From a virus (Duplodnaviria > Caudoviricetes), in IMG/VR virus record IMGVR_UViG_3300020042_008450, positions 1 through 63,248 of that record: a DNA stretch of 63,248 nucleotides; one strand, written 5' to 3'. A model generated the notes under the pieces. It did no database searches. It was not told the origin of the DNA and was given only the letters and a program-made list of their open reading frames with translations. Numbering within the stretch: position 1 is the stretch's first letter; every line of letters begins with the position of its first letter. Both the position numbers and the translations under genes were made by a program. Of the stretch, positions 54,095 to 62,250 are shown one piece after another.

Positions 54095-55134
54095 AGATAA
54101 GTTTCTAAGCCACCACGGCGGCGAATGTCTTGTGTGCAGCAACTAACACCGCCATCCCAGAAGTAGCTGTGTCGTAGTTCACTGATGATAGGTTCAATGC
54201 CATGTTTGCGGCAGTAGTCAAACACTTCCCGGTTGTAGGCTGAGAAGATAACATGGCTCTCGTCCAACACAAGGCAGTTGACATCAAACACAGTTTCTGC
54301 AACAAAGCCTGTCCATTTGGTTAGATAGGTGTTTACAAAATCTGTAAACTCTGCTGTGGGGGTTTGTCCTTGCACATACCATGCACCTGGGCTTTGTTCA
54401 TACTTGAACTTGCCCACTTCCATAGCAGCCCAAATACTGCTGTCCCATATCTTGCAAACGTCCCAGCCAGGAAAGTCTTTGGCCAGATCCAAGTTAACAT
54501 CGTGCTTGCTGCTCAGCAATACGCCAGGTTTCAAAATAGCAAACACAGCATCACCGTGTCCGTCTGTGATGGCTTCGTGTATTCTATATTCTGAACTCAG
54601 TACATTGTCCACAATCCATTGTGATTGTTCAGGTTTCAAGAAGTCTGAATTGTCAAAAAATACATCACGCCCCACACGCACAATACAACTGGCACTGGCA
54701 CCGTTTAGAACGCAGTCTTCATCCCAGCCTTTGGAACCGTGTGGATTGATCACACTGCCAGGATCAGCTGCTTCGTACTCGGCACAGACTGTGTCAAGCT
54801 CTTGCATGGGCAACACCCGCAAGAGCTTGTTTCCCAGAGTGATTTGCCAGTCCCGCGGCGTTAGCGGCGGCAACGGCGCACCGTCTCCTGTGATTTGTTG
54901 TTGTTGAAAATTGTGTTTGTTGGGTAGGTCAGGACGCCGCACTCGAGCACCAAACTTCTCAATGGTTTTTTGCAAGTTGTCCAGGTCTTCGGCTGTTTCA
55001 CACAAGATCTGTTGCAGTTGATTGCGCACCTGCGGGTTTTCAATAAAATCAAAATAGTCAGGTGTGTATGCTTGTCCAACAATCACTTCCTCAAGAGGTT
55101 GCCAGCTGGTGTGTGAATTAATTGTATTGCTCAT
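54091..55134 (-). CDS. Amidinotransferase (glycine/inosamine-phosphate amidinotransferase family)
   Basis: NSHTSWQPLEEVIVG, PRD, GHGD, FDVNCL, GGVSCCTQD with catalytic Cys. Confidence 0.85.
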   Translation of the reverse strand: MSNTINSHTSWQPLEEVIVGQAYTPDYFDFIENPQVRNQLQQILCETAEDLDNLQKTIEKFGARVRRPDLPNKHNFQQQQITGDGAPLPPLTPRDWQITLGNKLLRVLPMQELDTVCAEYEAADPGSVINPHGSKGWDEDCVLNGASASCIVRVGRDVFFDNSDFLKPEQSQWIVDNVLSSEYRIHEAITDGHGDAVFAILKPGVLLSSKHDVNLDLAKDFPGWDVCKIWDSSIWAAMEVGKFKYEQSPGAWYVQGQTPTAEFTDFVNTYLTKWTGFVAETVFDVNCLVLDESHVIFSAYNREVFDYCRKHGIEPIISELRHSYFWDGGVSCCTQDIRRRGGLETYL

Positions 55135-56305
55135 GAATGTCCTTGATCAAGCTATTTAAACGCTGCGTCTTGAGTTGCGCAAATAACTGTTGGTTGTGTT
55201 CTATGTCTGCTCGTGCGGTTTCAAACCGATCTGCCAATCTATGCCGTGCTTGACCAACTGCATCACACAAGCAAATCCAGCGTTGGGTATTATCCTCAAT
55301 ACGGTCATACATGGTGTCTAGCACTGTGTCAAAGGTCTTGTAGCCCAGGTCGCGCAGAGCTTGTAAACTGCCTGCAGGTCCAGCAACAAAGAACAATTGT
55401 CCGTGCTTGATGGGCTTGAAAGTTTTTTCAGTCAAGAATGTGCCGCCAGACTGATCTGCGTCCCAGTGTGTTTCCATCACAATGTTGCAATAGCTGTTGG
55501 CATGGTATTTGGATTCAGTGTCAGAATGATTGTTGCGCTGTGCCTGACTCAAGTGATCACTGGTATAAGGAGCAGCAGCCAAGAAACTCAGTGTAGCCGC
55601 ACGAAGATCAGATATGCTGTCAATTTCAATTGGATTGTCTGTGCCCAGTTCACCAGTTTCACAATAACTCCAGTAGCTGTTGTTCAACAGGCCTTGTCGA
55701 TGCAGGTCAGCCATGGCTGTGGCCCGCCATGATTTGTGCAGTCTGTTTAGCACTGTGAACTCATGTTCACGTGTTTGTGCATGTATTGGCAACGGTGCTA
55801 TGAGTTGATTACGCTGCCAATACCACAGCTCAAAGTCTGCAAAATATACAAAACCTGGAATATCTTGGGCAGCAGTGTTGGCGCTAACAAACACATAACA
55901 ATCGGGCGGCAGCAAATAATCCTGTGCCAGTTCATCCAGCCGGTCTTTGATACGAGTAGGATTATCTCCTTCGTGATAGTAAAACAACACACGCAGTTGT
56001 TTTGTTCGTAGTTTCTTGCGCACAACAGGGCCCATGAGTGCAAAATAGTTTATGCCAAAGTCAAAAAATCCCAGGCCCACAGGATAGTATGTGTTGGCTG
56101 GTAACTCATCATTGATGTTGTATAGCTGAACCGCTACGTCATGATGATCGCAATACTCTTGCAGCCTTAGCGGTATGGTATGCGGCCAGTGCTGACCAAA
56201 CTCGCGCCAGCCCTGTGTGTAGGGTCTTGCTTGATGCTGTGCCAAAGCGGGATATATTCTGCCCCTAATCACTCGGTCAGCTACAAAATTAAAGCTCAAT
56301 GGCAT
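55118..56305 (-). CDS. TEK-motif protein 5 (GT10/GT-B-like)
   Basis: LNR.HK.WR; NIVMET...FLTEKTFKPIKHGQLF...LRDLGYKTF. Confidence 0.5.
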   Translation of the reverse strand: MPLSFNFVADRVIRGRIYPALAQHQARPYTQGWREFGQHWPHTIPLRLQEYCDHHDVAVQLYNINDELPANTYYPVGLGFFDFGINYFALMGPVVRKKLRTKQLRVLFYYHEGDNPTRIKDRLDELAQDYLLPPDCYVFVSANTAAQDIPGFVYFADFELWYWQRNQLIAPLPIHAQTREHEFTVLNRLHKSWRATAMADLHRQGLLNNSYWSYCETGELGTDNPIEIDSISDLRAATLSFLAAAPYTSDHLSQAQRNNHSDTESKYHANSYCNIVMETHWDADQSGGTFLTEKTFKPIKHGQLFFVAGPAGSLQALRDLGYKTFDTVLDTMYDRIEDNTQRWICLCDAVGQARHRLADRFETARADIEHNQQLFAQLKTQRLNSLIKDIHEQYN

Positions 56306-57386
56306 TTAACATCTCGTTCAGTTCAGTCCATAATACTGCTTCAAAGCCGCCATTGTAAAAATGATTCCAGTTGTGCTCAATAACTTCTTGAGCTTCATCG
56401 AACAATTCTTGCTTGCCTTCTGGAGGCAACTCGTCCAAGCTACGTAACAAGCTGGCAATGCGTTCAATACGTACATTGTCCTCTGCAGAATCATAACTCT
56501 CGTCCCAGATATCTCCAAATGTTCTAAATCCGTAGCTGCGCAGGTATTCCAAACTGCCCTTGGTACCCACAACAACAAATGGCATGCCTAGGGCAATAGG
56601 CTTGAATGTTTTTTCGGTCAAGTGATGCCTACGACCTGTGGCCACAGTCTCTGTGACCAGGTATAACAGACTTTCAGCTGACTCATCAAACAGGCTAAGC
56701 CAACAACTATGCATGGGATGATCAGTTTCGTCTGCAAAATTAATGGGCAATGTTTGCGCTGCAAAAACAGATTCAATGTCTGGATATTTTGCTGTCAATG
56801 GCTTGACTGCATCGTGTATGCTGATGTTCTCTGCTGGACAGATGTTGGGACAACTGATATGATTATTCATCATGTCATTCTTGAATATATAATACAGCAT
56901 CTCTAATCTATGTTGTCGTTCACCAGCAACAATACGATTGGGGGCAATAAATGTCTTTGTAATAGTGCGTTCTGACCAGGGTTTAATCAAGAACGTTTTA
57001 TCGTATCCTCGATACCAATCTAGTGCGGCCCAGCCATGAAAGAAGTAATAATAGCTTTTCCATCCATACCTGACACATAGAGCATCTACATTATCGCTAT
57101 CACGCTCACTAGTACATATAGCACCAATTGGAGCACGGTTGTCTTGTAAATCTGCATTGTTTGCTCTAACACGTTCAAATGTTGCGGTGTGTATGCTCAA
57201 ATGAATAGGCTCTTGGTCAAAAAAGAATATATAATTGTGTTCGTGTACATCTTCTCTACCATACCCAATAACACTATCGGGATCACTGCGTCCAAAAGGA
57301 TCGCACATCAATGCACGTACACCAGGACAATTTTGGTGCAACCAAGGCCAAAAAGTGTTGTTGTAAATTTCATCTATTCTAATCAT
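56289..57386 (-). CDS. TEK-motif protein 6 (GT10/GT-B-like)
   Basis: PNR....RQHR; YLVTET...HLTEKTFKPIALGMPF...LRSYGFRTF..IWDESYD. Confidence 0.5.
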   Translation of the reverse strand: MIRIDEIYNNTFWPWLHQNCPGVRALMCDPFGRSDPDSVIGYGREDVHEHNYIFFFDQEPIHLSIHTATFERVRANNADLQDNRAPIGAICTSERDSDNVDALCVRYGWKSYYYFFHGWAALDWYRGYDKTFLIKPWSERTITKTFIAPNRIVAGERQHRLEMLYYIFKNDMMNNHISCPNICPAENISIHDAVKPLTAKYPDIESVFAAQTLPINFADETDHPMHSCWLSLFDESAESLLYLVTETVATGRRHHLTEKTFKPIALGMPFVVVGTKGSLEYLRSYGFRTFGDIWDESYDSAEDNVRIERIASLLRSLDELPPEGKQELFDEAQEVIEHNWNHFYNGGFEAVLWTELNEMLNAIEL

Positions 57387-59598
57387 GTTTGACGTTTTCT
57401 ATTCGGGAATTAAACCTAACCAATTTGCGCATGAGCGTGAGGCAGATAGTATTGAGCATGCACAGACATTGTGCCGCACAAGGTATTTCTGGTGGATCAC
57501 ATACTTAGCTGATTATGGCACACATGATTGGGATTTTCAACCCGTGCCCTGGCAAGGCGAATACACTCACACATGGCCCAGTCAACATCATGAGTATTCG
57601 GGCACCTACCTTGTGCCTAAGTCAGGTGAGATCAAATATCACTTTCATGATCAAATTATCCCTAATAAAAGCTCAACCATTCATTTCTATACTGCAATGT
57701 CAACCGCAGAGTTTGATTACTCCTGGGCACCACATCCACATGACCCTCCTTACATCTATGTGTTTGGGAATCAGTGGTGGCCAGCAGAGAAGATGCCCAC
57801 AGTAGAATATCATGTGCCAGGCGCAACTGAACGCAAGTACATGACAACACCAAGAGCCAAACTAGCACAAAATCTCAACCAGCCCTGGTACAACATGATC
57901 AACAGCGACATGGACTATTCATGGATGCCAGATCCTGGGGATCCTCCTTACATCTATGTGTTTGGTAATCAGTGGTGGCCAGCAGAGAAGATGCCCACTG
58001 TGGAGTATCGTGTGCCAGGCGCAACTGAACGCAAGTATGTTTCATGGCCACGTGCTAGTTTGCTGTCAGACTCTAGCAATTGGACTGTGCCCGACTCAGT
58101 TGCTCGTGAAGATGTAGATTTCACCTGGGTGCCTGATCCCGGTGAACCCGCCTATGTGTATCAGTTTGCTACACAGCATCAAAAGACCGGCGGTCCTGTG
58201 TATCGTGTACCTGGTGCTGTAGAAGTCAAGTATCTTGCAGAACTAAAAATTCGCACAGTAGGCAAGGCCACAGCCATATACGAAATTGATCACATGGATG
58301 GTGCTGCTGGCCAAATAGCCAACACCACTCGACGAGTGCGATACTTTGACAACTATAGAGATACCTTGATACGCTTGGCCAAGAGTATAGGCACAGAACA
58401 CGAATATGTTTGGGTATGTAGTAGCATCTGTGATTACACTGACTTTGACTTCTCCTGGCATCCCGAACAATGGCAAGCCACAATGCTGCATGTGTTTGCC
58501 AGTAATGACCAAAAGTTTGGTGACACATTCTTCATGCATGTGCCTACCTTTGCTGAGTCAGCAGAACGCAAGCCATTGCTGGAATGGTACGATTGTAATT
58601 TTGTTGACAAAAATGTGTCACGCCGGCGCATGCCTGTGATTGAGCATGCTGGCGACAGCAATGTTGACGCAGTTAAAGCTACTGAATGGGCCGGCCCACT
58701 GGCCCTGTTTACTACCAATGGTTTGCCTATGACTATCCCGGCTGTGAACTTGTGGCGCTCTGAAACCAAAACAATAACACCGCTGAGCTCGGGAGCAAGT
58801 GCAGTAGTTGTTCCAAAGTCTGCTGTACCATACATAAAAACGCAAATGTATGATTATCCCTACATTGACAAAACACAACAACAGCGTCACGGTGACGACA
58901 AATTAGATATTGTGTTTATTTCAAACGGTGAACCCAATGCCAAATCCAATTTTTTGCAGATGACAATGTATCTGGCCAACGAGTCAAGGTACACAAACCG
59001 AGTTCACTTAGTAGAAGGTGTAAACGGACGAGTGGCAGCATACCACGCGGCTGCTCGAGCCAGCACTACACCTTGGTTCTTTGCTGTGTTTGCCAAACTG
59101 GAAGTGAATCAAATGTTTGATTGGACCTGGCAACCAGATCGTATGCAACAAGCCAAACACTATATCTTTCATGCTCAGAATCCTGTTAATGGTCTAGTGT
59201 ACGGACATCAGGCCATGATTGCGTACAACCGGCAACTGGCACTAGCCAATCCCGGAGTAGGATTAGACTTCACGCTGGACTCACCGCACGAAGTGGTGTC
59301 TATCTTGAGTGGCGTAGCACACTACGACACCTCACCGTGGTCATCTTGGCGCACAGCATTTAGAGAAGTGTTAAAACTTCGAGCCAGCTTGCCAGATGTG
59401 GAAAATGAATATCGTCTAAACAAATGGCTTGATGTCAACAGTGACGAAGCAGATCCGCAGTGGAGTCGACTTGGTGCCGAGGATGCTGTGGAGTATTATG
59501 ATCAGGTTGACGGAGACTTTGCAGAGCTCAGAAAAAGCTATGAATGGGCCTGGCTTGCTAGCTATGCCTTTATCAAACGCAGTCTAGTACCGAACTAA
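57385..59598 (+). CDS. Multi-module protein: Trp/Pro-rich repeats plus C-terminal GT2-like domain paralogous to 39287
   Basis: Repeated DxSWxP..PPYIYVF units; C-terminal DIVFISNGEP...V.GV.GR.AAY.AAA...NPVNGLVYG...SWRTAFRE.LK. Confidence 0.6.
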   Translation: MFDVFYSGIKPNQFAHEREADSIEHAQTLCRTRYFWWITYLADYGTHDWDFQPVPWQGEYTHTWPSQHHEYSGTYLVPKSGEIKYHFHDQIIPNKSSTIHFYTAMSTAEFDYSWAPHPHDPPYIYVFGNQWWPAEKMPTVEYHVPGATERKYMTTPRAKLAQNLNQPWYNMINSDMDYSWMPDPGDPPYIYVFGNQWWPAEKMPTVEYRVPGATERKYVSWPRASLLSDSSNWTVPDSVAREDVDFTWVPDPGEPAYVYQFATQHQKTGGPVYRVPGAVEVKYLAELKIRTVGKATAIYEIDHMDGAAGQIANTTRRVRYFDNYRDTLIRLAKSIGTEHEYVWVCSSICDYTDFDFSWHPEQWQATMLHVFASNDQKFGDTFFMHVPTFAESAERKPLLEWYDCNFVDKNVSRRRMPVIEHAGDSNVDAVKATEWAGPLALFTTNGLPMTIPAVNLWRSETKTITPLSSGASAVVVPKSAVPYIKTQMYDYPYIDKTQQQRHGDDKLDIVFISNGEPNAKSNFLQMTMYLANESRYTNRVHLVEGVNGRVAAYHAAARASTTPWFFAVFAKLEVNQMFDWTWQPDRMQQAKHYIFHAQNPVNGLVYGHQAMIAYNRQLALANPGVGLDFTLDSPHEVVSILSGVAHYDTSPWSSWRTAFREVLKLRASLPDVENEYRLNKWLDVNSDEADPQWSRLGAEDAVEYYDQVDGDFAELRKSYEWAWLASYAFIKRSLVPN
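57745..58037 (+). repeat. Direct repeat, approx. 95 bp near-identical, 198-bp period
   Basis: cctccttacatctatgtgtttgg.aatcagtggtggccagcagagaagatgcccac...gtgccaggcgcaactgaacgcaagta at 57745 and 57943. Confidence 0.95.
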
Positions 59599-60706
59599 TA
59601 ATGTAGTCAACTTCTGAGTCTGTGAGCTCAGGATAGATCGGCAGACTCAGTGCTCGTCTACTCAATGAACTTGCAGCACTGAGAATACTGGATCCAGCAT
59701 ACTGTTGATATGCCGCTAGTTCGTGCAATGGATGTTGGTAATGTACTCGAGTCTCTATGCCTGCAGACCTCAGGTCGACTTGCAGTTGATCCCGATTGTT
59801 AGTGTCAATAACAAACTTGTGGAAACAGTGAGTAGCCACATTTGAGTCGTCAATCAAACAGCGAAACGGTGCTGCACCAAATGCCGCCATATACTGCCGT
59901 GCAATTTTTTCTCTACGAGCCTGCCATTGATCAAGATACACTGTCTTGACCATCATTTGCGCACAGTCTACTTCGCTCATGCGCGAGTTGGTGCCTGTGT
60001 GTGCATGACTGGATCTTTTACCGTTGTCACACCAGTTACGTGCATAGTCACTTAGATTGCGATCGTTGGTGACTACAGCACCACCGTTGCCGTAGTTGTT
60101 TAGATTTTTCATAGGATCAAAACTAATGGCACTGGCTTCACCCATCCGATGGCAATGGTTGGATAACCAGTGTTGTGCTGCATCTTCAATTATCAATGGT
60201 GTAACACGTCGCAGACTATCGGGCAATGCTGAACCATACAATCCAATGCCAATCTTATTGGGCAATGCTGAACCATACAATCCAATGCCAAGTATGGCTC
60301 GGTAATGTAAATCTGGCGGAATATCGCTAAATTTCATGTTGCCATATGCATCGGTATCGATCAAGTGTATGTTCCAGCCTGCTCGTACAAATGCATTTGC
60401 ACTGGCAGGAAATGTCATGGCAGGAATCAATATCGTGGGCGGTTTTGTCTGGAGATACAGCTTATGCTCTGTGCGGCCTGGGCGGTAATAACCAGCCAGT
60501 ATCTCCAGGGCCTGTGTACCTGAGTGACACAGCACTGCATAATTTGAATGATTCTTTTGAGCCAGCCATTCCTCAAACTGCTGTGTGAACGGGCCGTTCA
60601 TGAGATTGCCAGATGCTAGAACCTGGTCCGTCGCATCCAGTATCTCCTCTCGTAGATTGTTATACTGTCTTTGTAGACCAGTAAACGCTATTTGAAAGCC
60701 ACTCAT
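59573..60706 (-). CDS. DegT/DnrJ/EryC1/StrS family PLP-dependent sugar aminotransferase
   Basis: SGT.AL, P.MTF.A.ANA, EDAAQ, SFDPMKNL (PLP lysine), G.GG, NSRM, LSLPIYPEL; start at MSGFQ. Confidence 0.92.
   Translation of the reverse strand: MSGFQIAFTGLQRQYNNLREEILDATDQVLASGNLMNGPFTQQFEEWLAQKNHSNYAVLCHSGTQALEILAGYYRPGRTEHKLYLQTKPPTILIPAMTFPASANAFVRAGWNIHLIDTDAYGNMKFSDIPPDLHYRAILGIGLYGSALPNKIGIGLYGSALPDSLRRVTPLIIEDAAQHWLSNHCHRMGEASAISFDPMKNLNNYGNGGAVVTNDRNLSDYARNWCDNGKRSSHAHTGTNSRMSEVDCAQMMVKTVYLDQWQARREKIARQYMAAFGAAPFRCLIDDSNVATHCFHKFVIDTNNRDQLQVDLRSAGIETRVHYQHPLHELAAYQQYAGSSILSAASSLSRRALSLPIYPELTDSEVDYIISSVLDCV
60221..60291. repeat. Perfect 32-bp duplication, 39-bp period, in frame
   Basis: gggcaatgctgaaccatacaatccaatgccaa at 60221 and 60260; encodes GIGLYGSALP twice. 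Confidence 0.95.
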
Positions 60707-61628
60707 AGTATTTCTGGAATCCTTGTTCAACGTCTACTTTGGGATCAAAGCCCAGGATGGTTCTTGCACGATCGATGTTGAGCGCGCCGCGGCTGGGAAA
60801 GTCTGCATCTCGATCGCGACATTCAATGGTACCAGAGCCCACAATTTTTACAATCATTTCAGCTGCTTGTAACAAACTTATTGAATGTGATTTTGTGATG
60901 TTGTATGTTCGGTTGGCACTCATGATTCTAGTTGCAGCAGCAACCACACCGTCAGCAGCATCATCCACATAGGTGAAGTCCAGTGTTTCTGACGCTCCGT
61001 TGACCTTAAGCACACCACCACGCATGGCTGTTAACATAAACTTGGCAACCACACGATCTTCTACATCCAGGGGCCCGTACACAGCACTGGGTCGAAGTAT
61101 CACATACTCCATGCCAGTTCTGCGAGCATAGTCTTTGACCAACCATTCTCCGGCCAGCTTCATGATGCCATACTGTCCTTGCGGTCTGCATTCGTCATCT
61201 TCCAGCACTTGGTCTTCAAAATCGCCATAGACCATGCTGCTGGACATGTACACAAAACGATTGACCTTGTGCTTTTTGGCACTCTCAAGAAGATTGATTA
61301 GACCACGCATCATGACATCAGCAGCGTATGCAGGGTTGGCATTGACTACTTTTTGTCTGGGAAAGCTGGCACAGTGTATGATCACATCTGGTGTCTCAGC
61401 ACCAATGATTGTGTCCATGCGATCTGCATTTTCAATGTAGTCATGATAGTGAGCACATGGTGCTAACTTTTTAAGACGCTCTCCAATCAAGTAGTCAACT
61501 TCTTCACGCGGAATAATACCGTAAGTGGTTTGACTATCTACTATGCTCACTGTGTCTTCACGCTGCTGCAAACGAGCTGCTACATTGTGTCCAATAAGAC
61601 CCAGCCCACCAGTTATCAATACTTTCAT
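60660..61628 (-). CDS. NAD-dependent NDP-sugar epimerase/dehydratase (extended SDR)
   Basis: ITGGLGLIG, SSSMVYG, YGIMK (YxxxK), LR...VYGP, DFTYVDD. Confidence 0.93.
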   Translation of the reverse strand: MKVLITGGLGLIGHNVAARLQQREDTVSIVDSQTTYGIIPREEVDYLIGERLKKLAPCAHYHDYIENADRMDTIIGAETPDVIIHCASFPRQKVVNANPAYAADVMMRGLINLLESAKKHKVNRFVYMSSSMVYGDFEDQVLEDDECRPQGQYGIMKLAGEWLVKDYARRTGMEYVILRPSAVYGPLDVEDRVVAKFMLTAMRGGVLKVNGASETLDFTYVDDAADGVVAAATRIMSANRTYNITKSHSISLLQAAEMIVKIVGSGTIECRDRDADFPSRGALNIDRARTILGFDPKVDVEQGFQKYYEWLSNSVYWSTKTV

Positions 61629-61900
61629 CGGTTGCCCCATTTCATTTGATACCATGTATACACTTTTTCATCCATCACAGTAAAGTCACCAGCACTACTG
61701 TAGTCCCAGTATTTTCCGTCTCGATATGTTCCTGCGTGTCCAAAACTCGTGAGCAACCAGTTTTCTGCAGCCATGCCTGGCCACCCTTTTATCTTGTACA
61801 ATGTGATTGGCACAAACTTTTCACCATCCCATACCTGTTTCTTCACAGGTGAAGGCAGAACAACTTCAGCATCTATATATTCAATTTTTTGTGTCCACAT
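61625..61900 (-). CDS. Hypothetical protein (start moved to MWTQK)
   Basis: ATG ORF overlapping both neighbours; stop ATGA-coupled to the epimerase. Confidence 0.6.
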   Translation of the reverse strand: MWTQKIEYIDAEVVLPSPVKKQVWDGEKFVPITLYKIKGWPGMAAENWLLTSFGHAGTYRDGKYWDYSSAGDFTVMDEKVYTWYQMKWGNR

Positions 61901-62216
61901 ATTTGAGTCTCCAAAAAGTTTCGTTCTGTTCGCTGAGTCGTGCCACAATATGATACAACAGGTGATAGCTTGAGTGATCCCTGCGCTGAGTCCAGTAAGG
62001 TTTCCCCACAGCATGTTCCATGACAAATTTGCCTGCGTCTGTTTGTTGCCACTCCCAGATTGGTGCAGCAACATATATGTCCGGATCCTCTACATCGCCC
62101 ATTCTAATTTCATGCACACACACATCACGAAAACGCACTGGCTTGTTGTCCAAAATTTTTGTTTCGGCAGCACGCCAGTGCTTGTATTCGTCTTGTTCGT
62201 GGTGTATAATTGCCAT
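61881..62216 (-). CDS. Hypothetical protein
   Basis: ATG ORF with MGDVEDPD.YVAAPIW.W motif, preceded by a promoter-like element. Confidence 0.7.
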   Translation of the reverse strand: MAIIHHEQDEYKHWRAAETKILDNKPVRFRDVCVHEIRMGDVEDPDIYVAAPIWEWQQTDAGKFVMEHAVGKPYWTQRRDHSSYHLLYHIVARLSEQNETFWRLKYVDTKN

Positions 62217-62221
62217 ACACT

Positions 62222-62250
62222 AGTATAGCAGATTATTCTATCAGTGTCGA
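62222..62250 (-). promoter_or_regulatory. Sigma70-type promoter for the leftward 62216 operon
   Basis: Minus strand TCGACA-17 nt-TATACT with extended -10 TG, 5 nt before ATG 62216. Confidence 0.55.

Noticed and set aside
51831-55134. Saxitoxin or antibiotic biosynthesis (SxtI/K/L/G-like set)
   Set aside because: Only family-level resemblance; no SxtA-like PKS, cyclitol synthase, exporter or resistance gene, and the context is glycosyltransferase-rich
57745-58037. Approx. 95-bp repeat pair as DGR template/variable repeats
   Set aside because: Both copies are in frame within one gene, differences are few and mostly synonymous rather than adenine-specific, and no reverse transcriptase is in the window
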